A stretch of 64,000 nucleotides of DNA from the NCBI GenBank assembly GCA_964016885.1, contig OZ024743.1:227974001-228038000 (forward strand), read 5' to 3'. Origin of the DNA: Eledone cirrhosa (lineage: Eukaryota). The notes below the pieces were generated by a model. The model was not told the origin of the DNA and did not search any database. It worked only from the letters and a program-made list of their open reading frames with translations. Positions 9,754 to 22,385 of this stretch are shown piece by piece. The position numbers and the translations under genes were made by a program. Position 1 is the stretch's first letter. Every line of letters starts with the position of its first letter.

Positions 9754-11311
9754 TACACAGGCATAAAAATGGTAAGAGGGATGTTAGGTCAGGTTTATGA
9801 TGTATTTTTGTAATGGGGAAAAATATATATATATTCAATGAAAAATTTATCCAACCAAGTTTTTGCCAATGCACCTCACCATGCATACACAGACAAAAAG
9901 GCTCCGAATTTATACCAACTTAGAGGTAGTGGAGGTGGTGGTGATGATAGTGATGGGGGCCGTAGTTACAGTTATGATATTGATGGTGGTAGTGATGGTG
10001 GTGTTGTGTAGGGTATGGAAGTATGAGTAAATAAGAGGCATAACAAGACAAAGAAAATAAATGCAAATTTCTGAAGAAGAAAAAAAGAGTTAGAGAGGTA
10101 ACAGTCCCACAATAGCAACTATCCTCTGACCCTAACCCTAGCCATCAAAACCACCAACACCATCACAGTCATTGTTATACATAAAAAAATAAAAACAGAA
10201 AGCCAAGTAGTTCCCAATTGAAATGAATATTAATTATTGTATGAGATGATGGTGAAGCTATGGGAGAAGTGTAGAGAAGATTTAAAGAACAAAATAGGAT
10301 AGGATAGTATAATATAGTACAGCATAGAAGAGAGTAGGGTGGGATAGGATAGAATGATAAATTTTACTGCATCCTATAGTGACAGGTGGTATGGTAGGGT
10401 GTGCTATAAAAATTCAGCAGACAGAAGTGTCAATGAATCATAGTGATCGACTATAAATATTTAATAAATGTCTCACCATTACCCTAATATATCATTGCAA
10501 AGTGCCTTTGTCCACTATATAACTCTGAAAGAAAGTTCCCAGTAAGCAAGTGATTGTGTGGTTATCTTCTTCCGACCAGAGGATAGGAATCGGAATGCAA
10601 GTTCTTGACATCAAAACCATGTAAGAATAATGTGACTGAAATAACCATCTTTTTTTCTTTATTTGTTTTTTGCCCATTCTTAAATTATGGATGGGAGATT
10701 TGTTTTGCCTTATATTGTAAAGATTTTCTTTAATTCTATCAGAATTATATGGCTGTGACTAATTACCTCAGGGTTGCTGGTATCATGAAGGATGTAAGTA
10801 ATTACTGAAGAATAGTAAGCTAAAATAAATCTGATAACACAGACAATAGTTAGATGGAACTAAAAAGATGATGATAAGGTCAATAATGATGATTATAATA
10901 GTGATAAAAGAGGATTTCTCACACTGGCACAACACTACAAAATTGTAATGGATGTGATCAGGGTAAAGTTGATTGAATTATTGTGAGCAAATTGCTCATA
11001 ATTTTTCATCTGTATGTGTTAGTGGTGGTGGTGTTTTTACACATTCTGAGGCCACAGTGTTAAAATTCTAAACCACCACTGCTTTGTTTTGTTGTGGATG
11101 TCTGTATGTATTATTCTAATTTGGACAACAAATACACTTTGTTCTCCCCTGAAATTATTTCATCACACCTGGACTAATGAATAGCCAAATTAAAGATGGT
11201 CCTGATGGGATTTGAACTCAAAATAAATATAAAGGAATTACAAGGCATTTATTATTCAATCAAATACTCTATTTCTGTAACTCTTCTGTTTTGGGGTTTC
11301 AATTCAGAATC

Positions 11312-11545
11312 TTAACTCTTTCATTGCCATATTTCTGATGACTGCCTATGATTTTCAAATAATTGGGAAAATTATCGAAAATTTGGAAAGATCTAGTAAT
11401 ATTACTAACTTTCTCAATAATAAGCTAGTGTTTGAAACATAACAAAAGTTCTTACATAAAGGTACGATGGCAGTTGTTTGAATAAATATAACACTATGAA
11501 AGAAAAGTGCTTTTTATTCTAGAACTAAGGCTGGTTTCAAAAGTA
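11312..11545. mobile_element. Degenerate MITE-like repeat (TTAA-bounded, piggyBac-like ends)
   Basis: Starts TTAACTCTTT. The internal TTCTCA-TTATTAAGCTGGTGTTTGGA-CAT-like motif is shared with 43266-43465, 51531-51745 and 56580-56806. Confidence 0.45.
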
Positions 11546-11835
11546 TTAGCAAAATTCAGTTGTTATTTATAGCAAGTCAAATGAAACCCCATCCCATGTA
11601 GCACAGTAGGCAGAATAATTTGTGTTCTATCTGCTCACAATATCCTTAGGGGTAATAATAATTACTATTATTTATTATCATTCAAGTTTCACCTGGAAAG
11701 GAAGGTGAGGGTGGAGAGTGAAGTGCTGCCCCCCCAGTACATTTGCTTTTGTAAAGCCCCACTGTCCCTGTCTTTGTATTGTCCCCTACATGTCGGCCCT
11801 TGTGGCTAATAAATGAAATCATTATTATTATAAAT

Positions 11836-12037
11836 GGGCGGTGGATTGGCAGTATCGGTAGAGAGTTGGATGCCATGCTTTGACGCATAGAGTTACGGCC
11901 CTTGCCATTCTGAGTTCAAATCCCGCCGAGGTTAACTTTGCCTTTCATCCTTACAGGGTCGATAAAATAAAGTACCAGTGATGCACTGGGTAATTGCTGG
12001 CCTTGTGCCAAACGTAGAAACAATTATTATTATTATT
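11836..12037 (+). mobile_element. SINE family S1, full length
   Basis: GGGCGGTGGATTGGCAGTATCGG head, B box, core and (ATT)n tail. Confidence 0.88.
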
Positions 12038-13385
12038 ACCATCATCATTAATTATTCTCTATTTTGTTTGGGTTTTGTTTCACTGTGTAATTTGTTTTTG
12101 TGTTAGTTTTGTTTTTTGTAAGATGAACTCAATAATTAAATCAAAGATTGCTTATTGAACTAGTTAGCAGTAGGAACAGATAGGTTGGTAGTGGAAGGGA
12201 GTGTCAGGTGTTGAAGATCACCACTGAAACAAACAAAAAATCCTATTTAAAAAAAGGTCAACAAACTACTCAAGATAATTATGAGAAAATGAAATATTTA
12301 TGAATGAATGAACAATAATAAAAACAAAAAGTAAACCAAATTAAAATAATATAAACATACTATGATAGAAGCGATATCAATATTAAGAAGGGAGTGACAG
12401 AGTGCAAATTAAATGAGTGAAAGGTTAGTGGTTCAATATCAACTGATTGCAAACAAGGAACCAGTCAGTATGATTTAGTGAAGTAAAGTTTAGCAGACAA
12501 CACCAAGAGGCAGTGCAAACTTTCTGGATCTTCAAAAGAAACCCTTCTCCTTATCTACCCCACCCATTGACTCTTTCTAGCAAGCCCCATGATCAGGGCA
12601 GGTTGGTTGGATGCTTGAGAGGTCAAATATTCAGACTTTAACAACCCCAAATCTAATCAACTGTACCCATCAGGTCAACCACTGTCCCACTCACACTGCC
12701 CCGCCTCTGCACCATTTTCTTTACTGATGTGCTATCAGTAATCTTTAAAATAAGGTCAGTGTCAGGAGGAGAAAACAATCTGTCTGGCTGCCTGCAACCC
12801 CACCCTTTTACCCACCACTACCACCACCCTCTCTTTATATGTACTTAGATTTTTTTCTGGTAATTCTCTCCCTCCTTCTCCATGTTTTTCCCTCATCTCT
12901 ATCCATCTGTCTATCCCATCTCTATCTCTCCTCCTCACACTATCACTATCTGTGTCCTTACCCCCCCCCCCGGCAATCTCTCTCCCCCTGTCCCTCCCAC
13001 CACTATCTATCTATCTTTCTGCTGCTCCACCTCTCCATCTCACTCTGTCAGGAATAAACAAAGAAGAGGCGGAATCAGACAAGAACATCACTAAGAAATC
13101 ATGAAATCAAGGGTAAGGAGGGGTTGTCATGGTTGGAGTGGCAAGATACTGATAACAACAACAACAACAAGAAAAAGAAGAAAAAGAAGAAGAAAAAGAC
13201 AGGCAGAATGACAAAGAAAAAAGTCAAAACAAGAACAAGAACTCCAAGAAATAGCTCCAAGAACTGAGGAAAAACTATATGACATGAGATGGATAACTTT
13301 CAAAGTCAGCAGATAAGAATGGTATTGGCACTGAGCAAGTGTTATAGACAGATATTGCTCATGTAGAAAGTAGTATTAAAAAATA

Positions 13386-13573
13386 ATTGTTTCTACTTTT
13401 GGCACAAGGCCAGCAATTAGCCAGTGTATTACTGGTACTTTATTTTATCAACCCCGTAAGGATGAAAGGCAAAGTTAACCTCGGCGGGATTTGAACTCAG
13501 ATCATAAAGGGCGGTAACTCTATGCTTCAAAGCATGGTGTCTGACCCTTACCAATACTGCCAATCCACCACCC
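13386..13573 (-). mobile_element. SINE family S1 with a 17-bp target-site duplication
   Basis: TAGTATTAAAAAATAAT at 13371-13387 and 13576-13592. Confidence 0.88.
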
Positions 13574-15473
13574 TTTAGTATTAAAAAATAATAATTTGTT
13601 ATTTAGCACAAGGCCAACAATCCGTGGGTAGGGTAAGTCTATTATATCAGCCCCAGCAATGGACTAGTACTTTATTTCATTTACTTTAGAAAGGATTATA
13701 GGCAAAGTTGGCATCAGTAGGATTTTAATCTCAGAACAAAGGGCTGTAATAGCATTTTGCCTGATGCTCTAATGAACCTGCCAATCCACCACAAGAAGGA
13801 TTCTCTACACTGCGCTTTGCCATATTGGGTCTTGATTTATGTTGAGTGCCATGTGCAGGTTTAGATACATCAATGGCAATATAAATCTATCTGACTAACT
13901 GGTATAATGGGAGTTGGGTAAGGTTGGTGTTGATGTTCAAGTGTTTAGTGCTTCCTGCTTCCTCCATATATCACAGGACTTCTAGATTAACAAGAAAAAA
14001 CCCTTTTAAGGCTATTTTCCCTGCTAACGAAGAAATTAACTTTGCAGAGGCATGACAAGCTTCTCCAATTTGCTCTATTGTTTGTATCCAACTGGCTTTC
14101 ATTTACCCCTTAGTCATTTTAGCCTCAAAAAAAGGACCTCATGAAATTATTGTTACAGAATGAATAAGGAATGAATAAAAAAAACAATAATAAATACATA
14201 TCCATACAAAAGATAAGCAGCTAAGGATCAGTCAAATTGAACCAAGAAAATTGTTTCCATTGGTCTTTTCATTGCTGATATATCTATCTACTGGTCAAAA
14301 CTCCTGGTAGAATTTGAACTCAGAACACACAGAATGAGATCAAATACGACAAAGCAACCCATCTAACTCATTAACAAATCTGTCAATCCACTATTCATGT
14401 ACTTGATTTATCTTTCCTCCCCAGAAAGGATGAAAGGCAGAGTTGACCTTAGCTAGATTAGAACCTAGAAAGTAGTCAAGTGGAACATATAACAAGACAT
14501 TAAATCTGGTGTCCTAACAACTCAGCCAATTTGCTACCTGGAAGTCCATATATACACAAATATACATAGAACATATATGCAAACATGTATAGGCATCCAC
14601 AGATGCAATACGTGTCGTTGGAATGGTCAATTTATTTCAATCATCTTTTCAACCAGAACTTTCATGCAACACTTGTTGCTCATCTTCACTAAAAAAAATT
14701 TTTTAAATAATAAATAAACATAATGCCATATTCCACTGTAACTTCTGACAAACAGTTTTACACAAAAACGAAGTCATTCCAATATATGAACAAGTACCAT
14801 GATGGCAATGATGATAATAATGAGTATAATAATAATAGTAATGATGATAATAATAATAAATTAATTATTGGCTAAATGTTATATAAAATAATAGAAAAGA
14901 AAAGAAAACAAAAAGAAAAAAAAGAAAGATATTTTAAAAATTCTTTTGGAGAAAGATTATTTTGAAAAATTAAGCTAAATTTGAAATGGGTACAGGGGAT
15001 TGGAGAGTCGAAATAAGAATTACAGTTTGATTCAAGTTCTTTGATAAGAATTACAACAACAAGCTGATAAAGAAAGAAAGGAAGATGAGAAAGAGAGATG
15101 GAGAAAGAGAGAGAGAGGAATGAGGAAGTGAATGAAGGTGGTTGGGTGAGAAATGTGTAGTGGCTAAGTAGATATTTACTGCAAAGAACAGAGAGAATAC
15201 AAAAAAGCGTAATTAATCCAAAACTCAGGGAAGAAGAAGAAAAGAGGCTGTCCACCATCATCATTATCAACAACAATTCCATTATCATCATCAACCACCT
15301 TAAAGAAATAACCACAATAACAACAACAGCAGTAACAAGGAAATAAAGATTGGGAGGAGATGTGTTGTGTCAGAGGGGTGGTGGAAGATAGGGGGAGGGG
15401 GGATCATTTATCTTGGACTCAAATCTTGTCAGTGAAATAATCAAAGACAAAAATACAAAATAATAATAATAAT

Positions 15474-15512
<39 letters not shown>

Positions 15513-16856
15513 GAAAGAAAAGCTCAGGTGGAGGAGGTGGAGAATGACTTGACCAAAGAAGAAAATGGTGGGGGGGGGGTCATAAAATGAAAAGAAGACC
15601 ATAATATAATAAGAAGAAAAGAATAAAGAAAAGTAGGAGGCATTTTTATCTTAGAAGCTCTCTAAATTATTGAAGCAATAAATCTTTGGTATGACTAATT
15701 TAAATCAATTTTTAAAAACCCTAAATTTGATTTATTACAAAATTTCGAAACAACACCATACCCACCGACCTTCACACTCCTACTCTTTCCACTCACTTGC
15801 TTCTCTACCGAACATTTAAAATAATCTAACAAGAACTATAAGAAGATGAAGAAGAAGAAAATGTGCTGATGATGCTACTGCTGTATATGATTTACACATG
15901 CATTTTTAAGTTAGCAAAGATCACAGAATGTAATTTATTTAGCCCTTCTAAGTTTTGTAGTAGTTATTTATGCTGTTGTTGTTGTTATTATTAATGTTCT
16001 TGTTGGTGTTGTTGTCATAGTTGCTGTAATTGTAGATGTTATTGCTGCCGAAGCAAAAACATAAAATATAATTAAATAACAACAACAACAACAACAACAA
16101 CAATAATAATAATAATAATAATAATAATGATAATAATAATAATAATAATGATGATTTAAGGATGAAATTTTTTTTAGAAAATTACCTTTTTATCACTTTT
16201 CAAGGGATAGATTAAATGGAATTTTTAAAAACTGTTATTGTTATTAATATAAATTTTATTTTATTTTATTTATATATTTATTTATTTATATATTTATTTA
16301 TTTGTTTGTTTATTAACAGTGGGGCTATAAGCCGAGCTTGCAGTCTTGGAACAAAAATGCACAGTAAGTTTATTTTTTTCTTTACTTTTTAATCTTTTAT
16401 TTTGTTAAATTTAATCCACAAGATGGATTTTTCAGCTAGCTCTTTCTTTAGTCGAAATTCTTTGTCACTTTATTTATTGGGTTAATTGTAAGGAATATTA
16501 AATTAAAAGCAAAAATTCATAAAACTCTTTTAAGAATTACTTGCATGAGTATGTATATATATATGTGTGTAGATGTATGTATGAATGCCTGTGTGCATAG
16601 ATGGATGTCTCAAATTCTTTTGATTGTACATGCTTTATTATACATAAATACAATTTAACACTTCTTTTCACACCAAAATTAATTCTACTTGAAATAAAAG
16701 AAACACTTGTATGTATATAAAATATATATGTCTACATGCATCCATGCATGTAATATTAGTGTTTACATGTATGTATGTGTATATAACCAAGTATGTAATA
16801 CAACTGAATGTTGGTTCATACAATTATCAGAATAACAATTTAAAGTAATTATCCTT

Positions 16857-16886
16857 TATATATATATTATATACATATATATATAT

Positions 16887-16941
<55 letters not shown>

Positions 16942-17216
16942 CATATATATATATACATATATATATATACATATATATACATATATATATATATATACAT
17001 ATATATACATATATATATACATATACATATATATATACATATATATATACATATATATATATACATATATATATATACATATATATATATACATATATAT
17101 ATATACATATATATATATACATATATATACACATATATATACACATATATATACACATATATATATATACATATATATACACATATATACATATACATAT
17201 ATATACACATATATAC

Positions 17217-17248
<32 letters not shown>

Positions 17249-17319
17249 ACACATATATACATATACATATATACATATATACACATATATACATATATAT
17301 ATATATACATATATATACA
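16857..17319. repeat. Compound (TA)/(TACA) microsatellite
   Basis: Direct inspection. Confidence 0.95.
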
Positions 17320-17662
17320 CATCATCATCATCATCATCATTTTACGTCCACTTTTCCCTGCTTGCAAGGGTGGGACGGGAACTGATTCTGGCTTGATTTC
17401 TACAGCTGGATGCCCTTCCTAACACCAACCTCATTTACAGTGAGTGCTGGGTACTTTTTTGCCGTGGCACCTACACGTCCACTTTGCAGTGGAATGATAG
17501 GGACCCCAGTCCCTATCATCTCATTTCTACAGCTGAGGATACTGGAGCAATGTGAAATAAAGTGTCTTGCTCAAGGAAACAACACATCACCCGGTCTAAG
17601 AATTGAACTCACAACCTTTCGATTGCAAGGCCAATGCTCTAACCACTAAGCCATGTGCCTCC
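17320..17662 (-). mobile_element. tRNA-derived SINE (family S3) carrying the RTE family B 3' tail
   Basis: Head GGAGGCACATGGCTTAGTGG...GAGTTCAATTC; CCTTGAGCAAGACACTT; GGTTGGTGTTAGGAAGGGCATCCAGCTGTAGAAA. The 3' ~45 nt are near-identical to 4700-4748. Confidence 0.85.
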
Positions 17663-17764
17663 AACACATATATATATATACATATATATACACATATATA
17701 TATATACATATATATATATAAATTAATGTGAGCAAGAAGCGAACAGTATTTCATAATATATATT

Positions 17765-18378
17765 ATATATGGTGGCTGCCAACTCGTTTTCGAGTACGGC
17801 CACTACTTTATATCCATGTAGGAGAACTCCTACCGATGCGCTGAACGAATGTAACTTTAGTCCAGCCAGCGATTTGAAAACTCTGGTACAAACACTACAC
17901 CTGTGACAATTATTGACACATAGTGCTAGGCCCATGGTACCATGTGACGACAAGTGCAGAGAGATCTCCAGATACAAAGCAATGCCTGTGCCGTGAAGCT
18001 TTTATAGTGAGCAAAGGCACTGCACAAAGCCAGTCCCACTCTCTTAACCAAGATGATATTTACCAAAAAGAAGAACAAGTCAACATCATTGGATACCATC
18101 AGAGTTGCAGGTGTTATATCAGAGTTTTCCTTCTCCTAGAATTCTGCCTTGACAAAGGCTAAGGGGTCATCTCTCCCAGTGATTTTGGATGGCCATTGAA
18201 TCTTAAGAACTCCTTTGCCCTTTGACAGGTTTTGTTTTTAGTCCTGCAGGATGTCCAAAGTCACCCTCCTCACCAAGAAACCTTGGTGGGGTTGCCAATT
18301 TAGTCGCCAACGACCCAACCATGAGACAGGTTGTACTGGGATACATGTTACCAGTAGCACCAACTGGTGACCTGACAT
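17765..18378 (-). mobile_element. Internally deleted RTE-like element (5'-UTR-like part + C-terminal C2H2 finger + 3' end)
   Basis: Minus-strand ORF contains CSVCTRVFKSLAGLKLH (C-x2-C...GL-x2-H, typical of RTE C-termini). It ends GTGGCCGTACTCGAAAACGAG...(TA)n. No RT between the ends. Confidence 0.55.
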
Positions 18379-18462
18379 AATATTATATATATATATATAT
18401 ACATACATACATACATACACACACATATATAAATATTCATTCATATATAAACATATATATAT

Positions 18463-18500
<38 letters not shown>

Positions 18501-18723
18501 TAAAATAACAGATTAAAGTTTAAGCAAAGAATTTGGATTATAGTCTTCAAATTTATTATTATTACTATATATATATATATATAAATGGAAGTACAACATA
18601 TTCGAAGCTCGAGCCGCAGCTAAGCCAACGAATGTGCCTCCATATATATATATATAGAGAGAGAGAGAGAGGGTGAGAGAGAGGGAGAGAGAGTGAGAGA
18701 GAGTGAGAGAGAGGGAGAGAGAG

Positions 18724-19141
18724 GGGTGGCACATGTCTTAGTTGTTAGAGCATTGGCCTTGCAATCGGAAGGTTGTGAGTTCAATTCTCCTCAGACCGGG
18801 TGATGTGTTGTTTCCTTGAGCAAGACACTTTATTTCACATTGTTCCAGCTTACTCATTATTATTATTGTTGTTTTGGTTGTTGTTATTTAATTATATTTT
18901 ATGTTTTTGCTTCGGCTGCAATAACATCTACAATTACAGCAACTATGCAGTGGAATGATAGGGACTAGGGTCCCTATCATTCCACTGCAAAGTGGTCGTG
19001 GAGGTGCCATGGCAAAAAAAGCACCCAGCCCACACTGCAAAGTGGACATATAGGCGCCACAGAAAAAAAGCAGCCATCATCCACTGTAAATGAGGTTGGT
19101 GTAGAAATCAAGCCAGAATCAGTTCCCGTCCCACCCTTGCA
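18724..19141 (+). mobile_element. SINE family S3, rearranged copy
   Basis: Same head and tail as 17320-17662 in the opposite orientation, interrupted by a templated insertion at 18856-18947. Confidence 0.85.
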
Positions 19142-20004
19142 TACTAGTTTTTCATGCATTTTGATAAGAACAATTCTGTTTCTTACATTATTATATGTGG
19201 TGTGTGTCTGTGTAAAATATGAATAACTACAGGAACAACAATAATAGTGTTCTTTTACAGTGTTTTCTCAAATTATCATATACATTTCTACACACATATA
19301 TAAAACTAAGAGTTTTACAACTCACAAATCACATATATGCAGATTTAGCTGTCCTATGTGGTTGTATCTCATAGTAGATTTTTTTACCTGAAATAAATTG
19401 TCTTGCTCACCACTAGTTCAGAAATTGAACCCAAGACTTTATGAATGTGAATCTAACTCCCTACCCACTAAACCATGTGCCCTCACACTACTACAACTGC
19501 ACAACAACACAATCGTTGCACACATGAGCACAGTATCTAAATATACTATTACAGCTATATATACCAACACTCATTAGAAACAATTGCAGTTGCAAAACAA
19601 CTACAATAACACACCAGACTGAAATAAAGACTGAGGAGCAATAAACTAAACTAAAATCCTTGGAGACAGTGCCCCAGTATGACCATAGTCTAATGATTGA
19701 AACCAGTAAAAGAAGAATTGCTGAGTTAGAATTCTTCAGAAAACACAAACTTCATCCACAAGTTGTGTGTCAAAATCACAGCTATTACTGCCCACCACCC
19801 ACATCACATAGTATATGAGGCAAGGCGTGTGTGCATGTGTGTGTGTCTACACACACCCTGACGCAAACAGACAAAATATCTCTATTAACAGACAAGATAA
19901 ACATAAGCAAGTGTTCTTACATACATACTTAATATACAAGATAAACATTGAGAACTGTATATATATATATATATATATACATATACATATGTGTGTATGT
20001 ATAT

Positions 20005-20035
<31 letters not shown>

Positions 20036-20138
20036 AAGTTGTATATAGACACAAATTTGTTTTACAATAGGAAGTAATATAAATCAGGTGTGTAAGTGTG
20101 TGTGGTGTGTGCAAATGCCTCTTTCTCTACTGTCTCAG

Positions 20139-20187
20139 GTGTTGAAATGTGGTGGCAGTGTAGATAATGATGGAAGTTTTGGGGCAG
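20139..20187 (+). other. Possible isolated 49-nt exon
   Basis: Polypyrimidine tract plus CAG (CTCTTTCTCTACTGTCTCAG) and CAG|GTGAGC donor. Open frame VLKCGGSVDNDGSFGA, no homology recognised. Confidence 0.2.
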
Positions 20188-21687
20188 GTGAGCAGGTGGG
20201 TGGTATGCTGGTGCCTGCCAACAGTCAATCAGATCTCAACTATGCAGGTAATGCAGAACCTGTGTAGTTTAAATGGCAGCAATACAACAACAACAACAGT
20301 AAACATTACTGCCTAATGCTGTAACTCCTACCAGAGGATGGGGAACATATACACACAAACAATCACATACAGCTGTAAAGACAATCAGTAGGGGGTGTGT
20401 GTATGATGGTGTGGGTAAAGGTGAGAAGATAGAGTAGTAAGTAAGTGGTGCTAGGATACAGGGTGGGTGGATCCATCACTCATACTTTGTCCCTCTCTCT
20501 GTAAATTGAAAGTAAGAGAGGGTGAGAATCAGTTGGATATCTGTCTCATCAAAACAGTACAGGGTTTCTTAGCTATGGATGATATAGTATCAAAAACATT
20601 TAGAGTCACTCAGATAACAGTGGAGTAAAGAGAAAGAGGGATGGGGGAGATGAATTATTCTATACTGGTTAGAGAAAAAGAGACAGTAAAGAGAAATGAT
20701 CACACACACACCTATTTATGGGTGGATACCCATGGGTATCTGGAGGTAACCAATGTTAAAAAAGGTACTGAAGACTTGAGCAGAGTATAGGCTATTATAT
20801 AGAGATTATTTTTCTTAGACCAGAACTGTTTCATTTGTATGAAACCACAAGGAAAGTATATACACACACACATACACTCACACATACATATATATATATA
20901 TATACTCTAGGTGCAGGCATGGTTGTGTGGTTATAGAAGTTCCCTTCATGGATACCATGGTTTTAATATGTGGGGAAAGGAGTTGAATGGGTTTGAAGAT
21001 GAGATGGTAAAAAATACAGCATTGAAGAGAAGCTGGAAACTCGGGTCAAACAAGAGGATTATTAGAATGTAGAGGAAAGAAGAACTAGATGCGAGAGAGA
21101 TAGAGAGATTGCTGGTGAGAGAGAGAGAGTGATGGGGAAAATTAGATGTTTATAAAGACAAGGTGATGTAGAATTGGGTTGTACAAAGAAAATGTGGAAC
21201 AGTCAATTTGGCAGTCATGTACAACAGAAGGGTCTTCACTGAAGAAGGACTAACAAATAATAATAACAACCAATCAATAGTTTCCTACTGTTGTTGTTAT
21301 TGATCTTATTGTTCTTGTTAATGGTTTTTTTTATATATAACGATTGTATTTTATTTTTGCTTTTGTTGAGTATAGTTATTGCCATTACATATGTTATTGT
21401 TGCTTTTGTCACTGTTGTTGCTTTTGTTGATGTTGCTCCTGGTGTTGCAGTTGCTGTTGTTTTTTTTATTGTCATTGTTGTTCTCATTGTTTTTAATTGT
21501 TGTTGATGTAGTTGAAGTTATAATTGTTACTTTAGTTGTTGTTATTGCTGCTGATGCAGTTGAAATTGTCATGTTTTTCATACAAGAATTATGCTTATTG
21601 TTGCAGCTTCTGTTGTAGTAATAGTAGCAGCAGTTGTAGTAGTTGCCAGCAAGTTACAAGCAATCAAACAACCAGCCTCCCCACCAA

Positions 21688-21718
<31 letters not shown>

Positions 21719-22115
21719 ATCATCAAGTTGAAAGCCATCAATGGTGATTTGTAGTTGAAAAGAGGGACAGTGCAGAGTGACAAGAGAGCAAGAGGTAAAA
21801 CAAAATATCTCTGGAGCATGAGTATAGTTTGAAATGATGGGAAAACAAGGGAGAAGGAAAGAGATAGAAAGAAAAACAGAGATGAGAAATAAATAGGGAA
21901 TAGGGGGAGGGGAGCAATCAAAAGCACAAAGAAAAAAATAGTAAAATAAACAATATTGAAAGTAAGGGAGAAAAAAAAGACAGAGCAGAGGCTTGGGGTG
22001 GGGTGAGACAATGCCAAGTTGTCAATGTTGTTTTTGAACAAGGAATAACATTCATGATGTCGAGGACAGGTGACTGCATCTGGAGGATGGAGAAAGATGT
22101 AGAAGGATAAAAGGT

Positions 22116-22385
22116 AAAGGGAGACACTTCTCTCTCTCCCACATACATGCACTCTCTCTTTCTCTCTCACATACACACAAACACACTCTCTCTCTCTGTC
22201 TATCTATCTATTTGTTTACCTGCCAATATCAGGGTCAGCTGTGTAAAAGGGAGACACTTCTCTATCTCTCTCTCTAACACACACTCTCTCTCACAAACAC
22301 ACTCTCTTTCTCTCACACACACACACTCTCTCTCTCTGTCTATATATCTATGTTTTTACCTGCCAATATCAGGGTCAGCTGTGAA
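22116..22385. repeat. ~130-bp tandem duplication
   Basis: AAAGGGAGACACTTCTCT...TTTACCTGCCAATATCAGGGTCAGCTGTG occurs twice. Confidence 0.85.

Noticed and set aside
10128-10141. (CCCTAA)2 telomere-like repeat
   Set aside because: Only two units; chance.
11836-11930. SINE heads as functional tRNA genes
   Set aside because: A/B boxes are present but there is no cloverleaf, and they are always fused to SINE bodies.
18955-18982. TCCCTATCA/TGATAGGGA resembling the tet operator
   Set aside because: Native hairpin of SINE S3 (also at ~17494-17519); half-site order and spacing differ from tetO; no vector sequence nearby.
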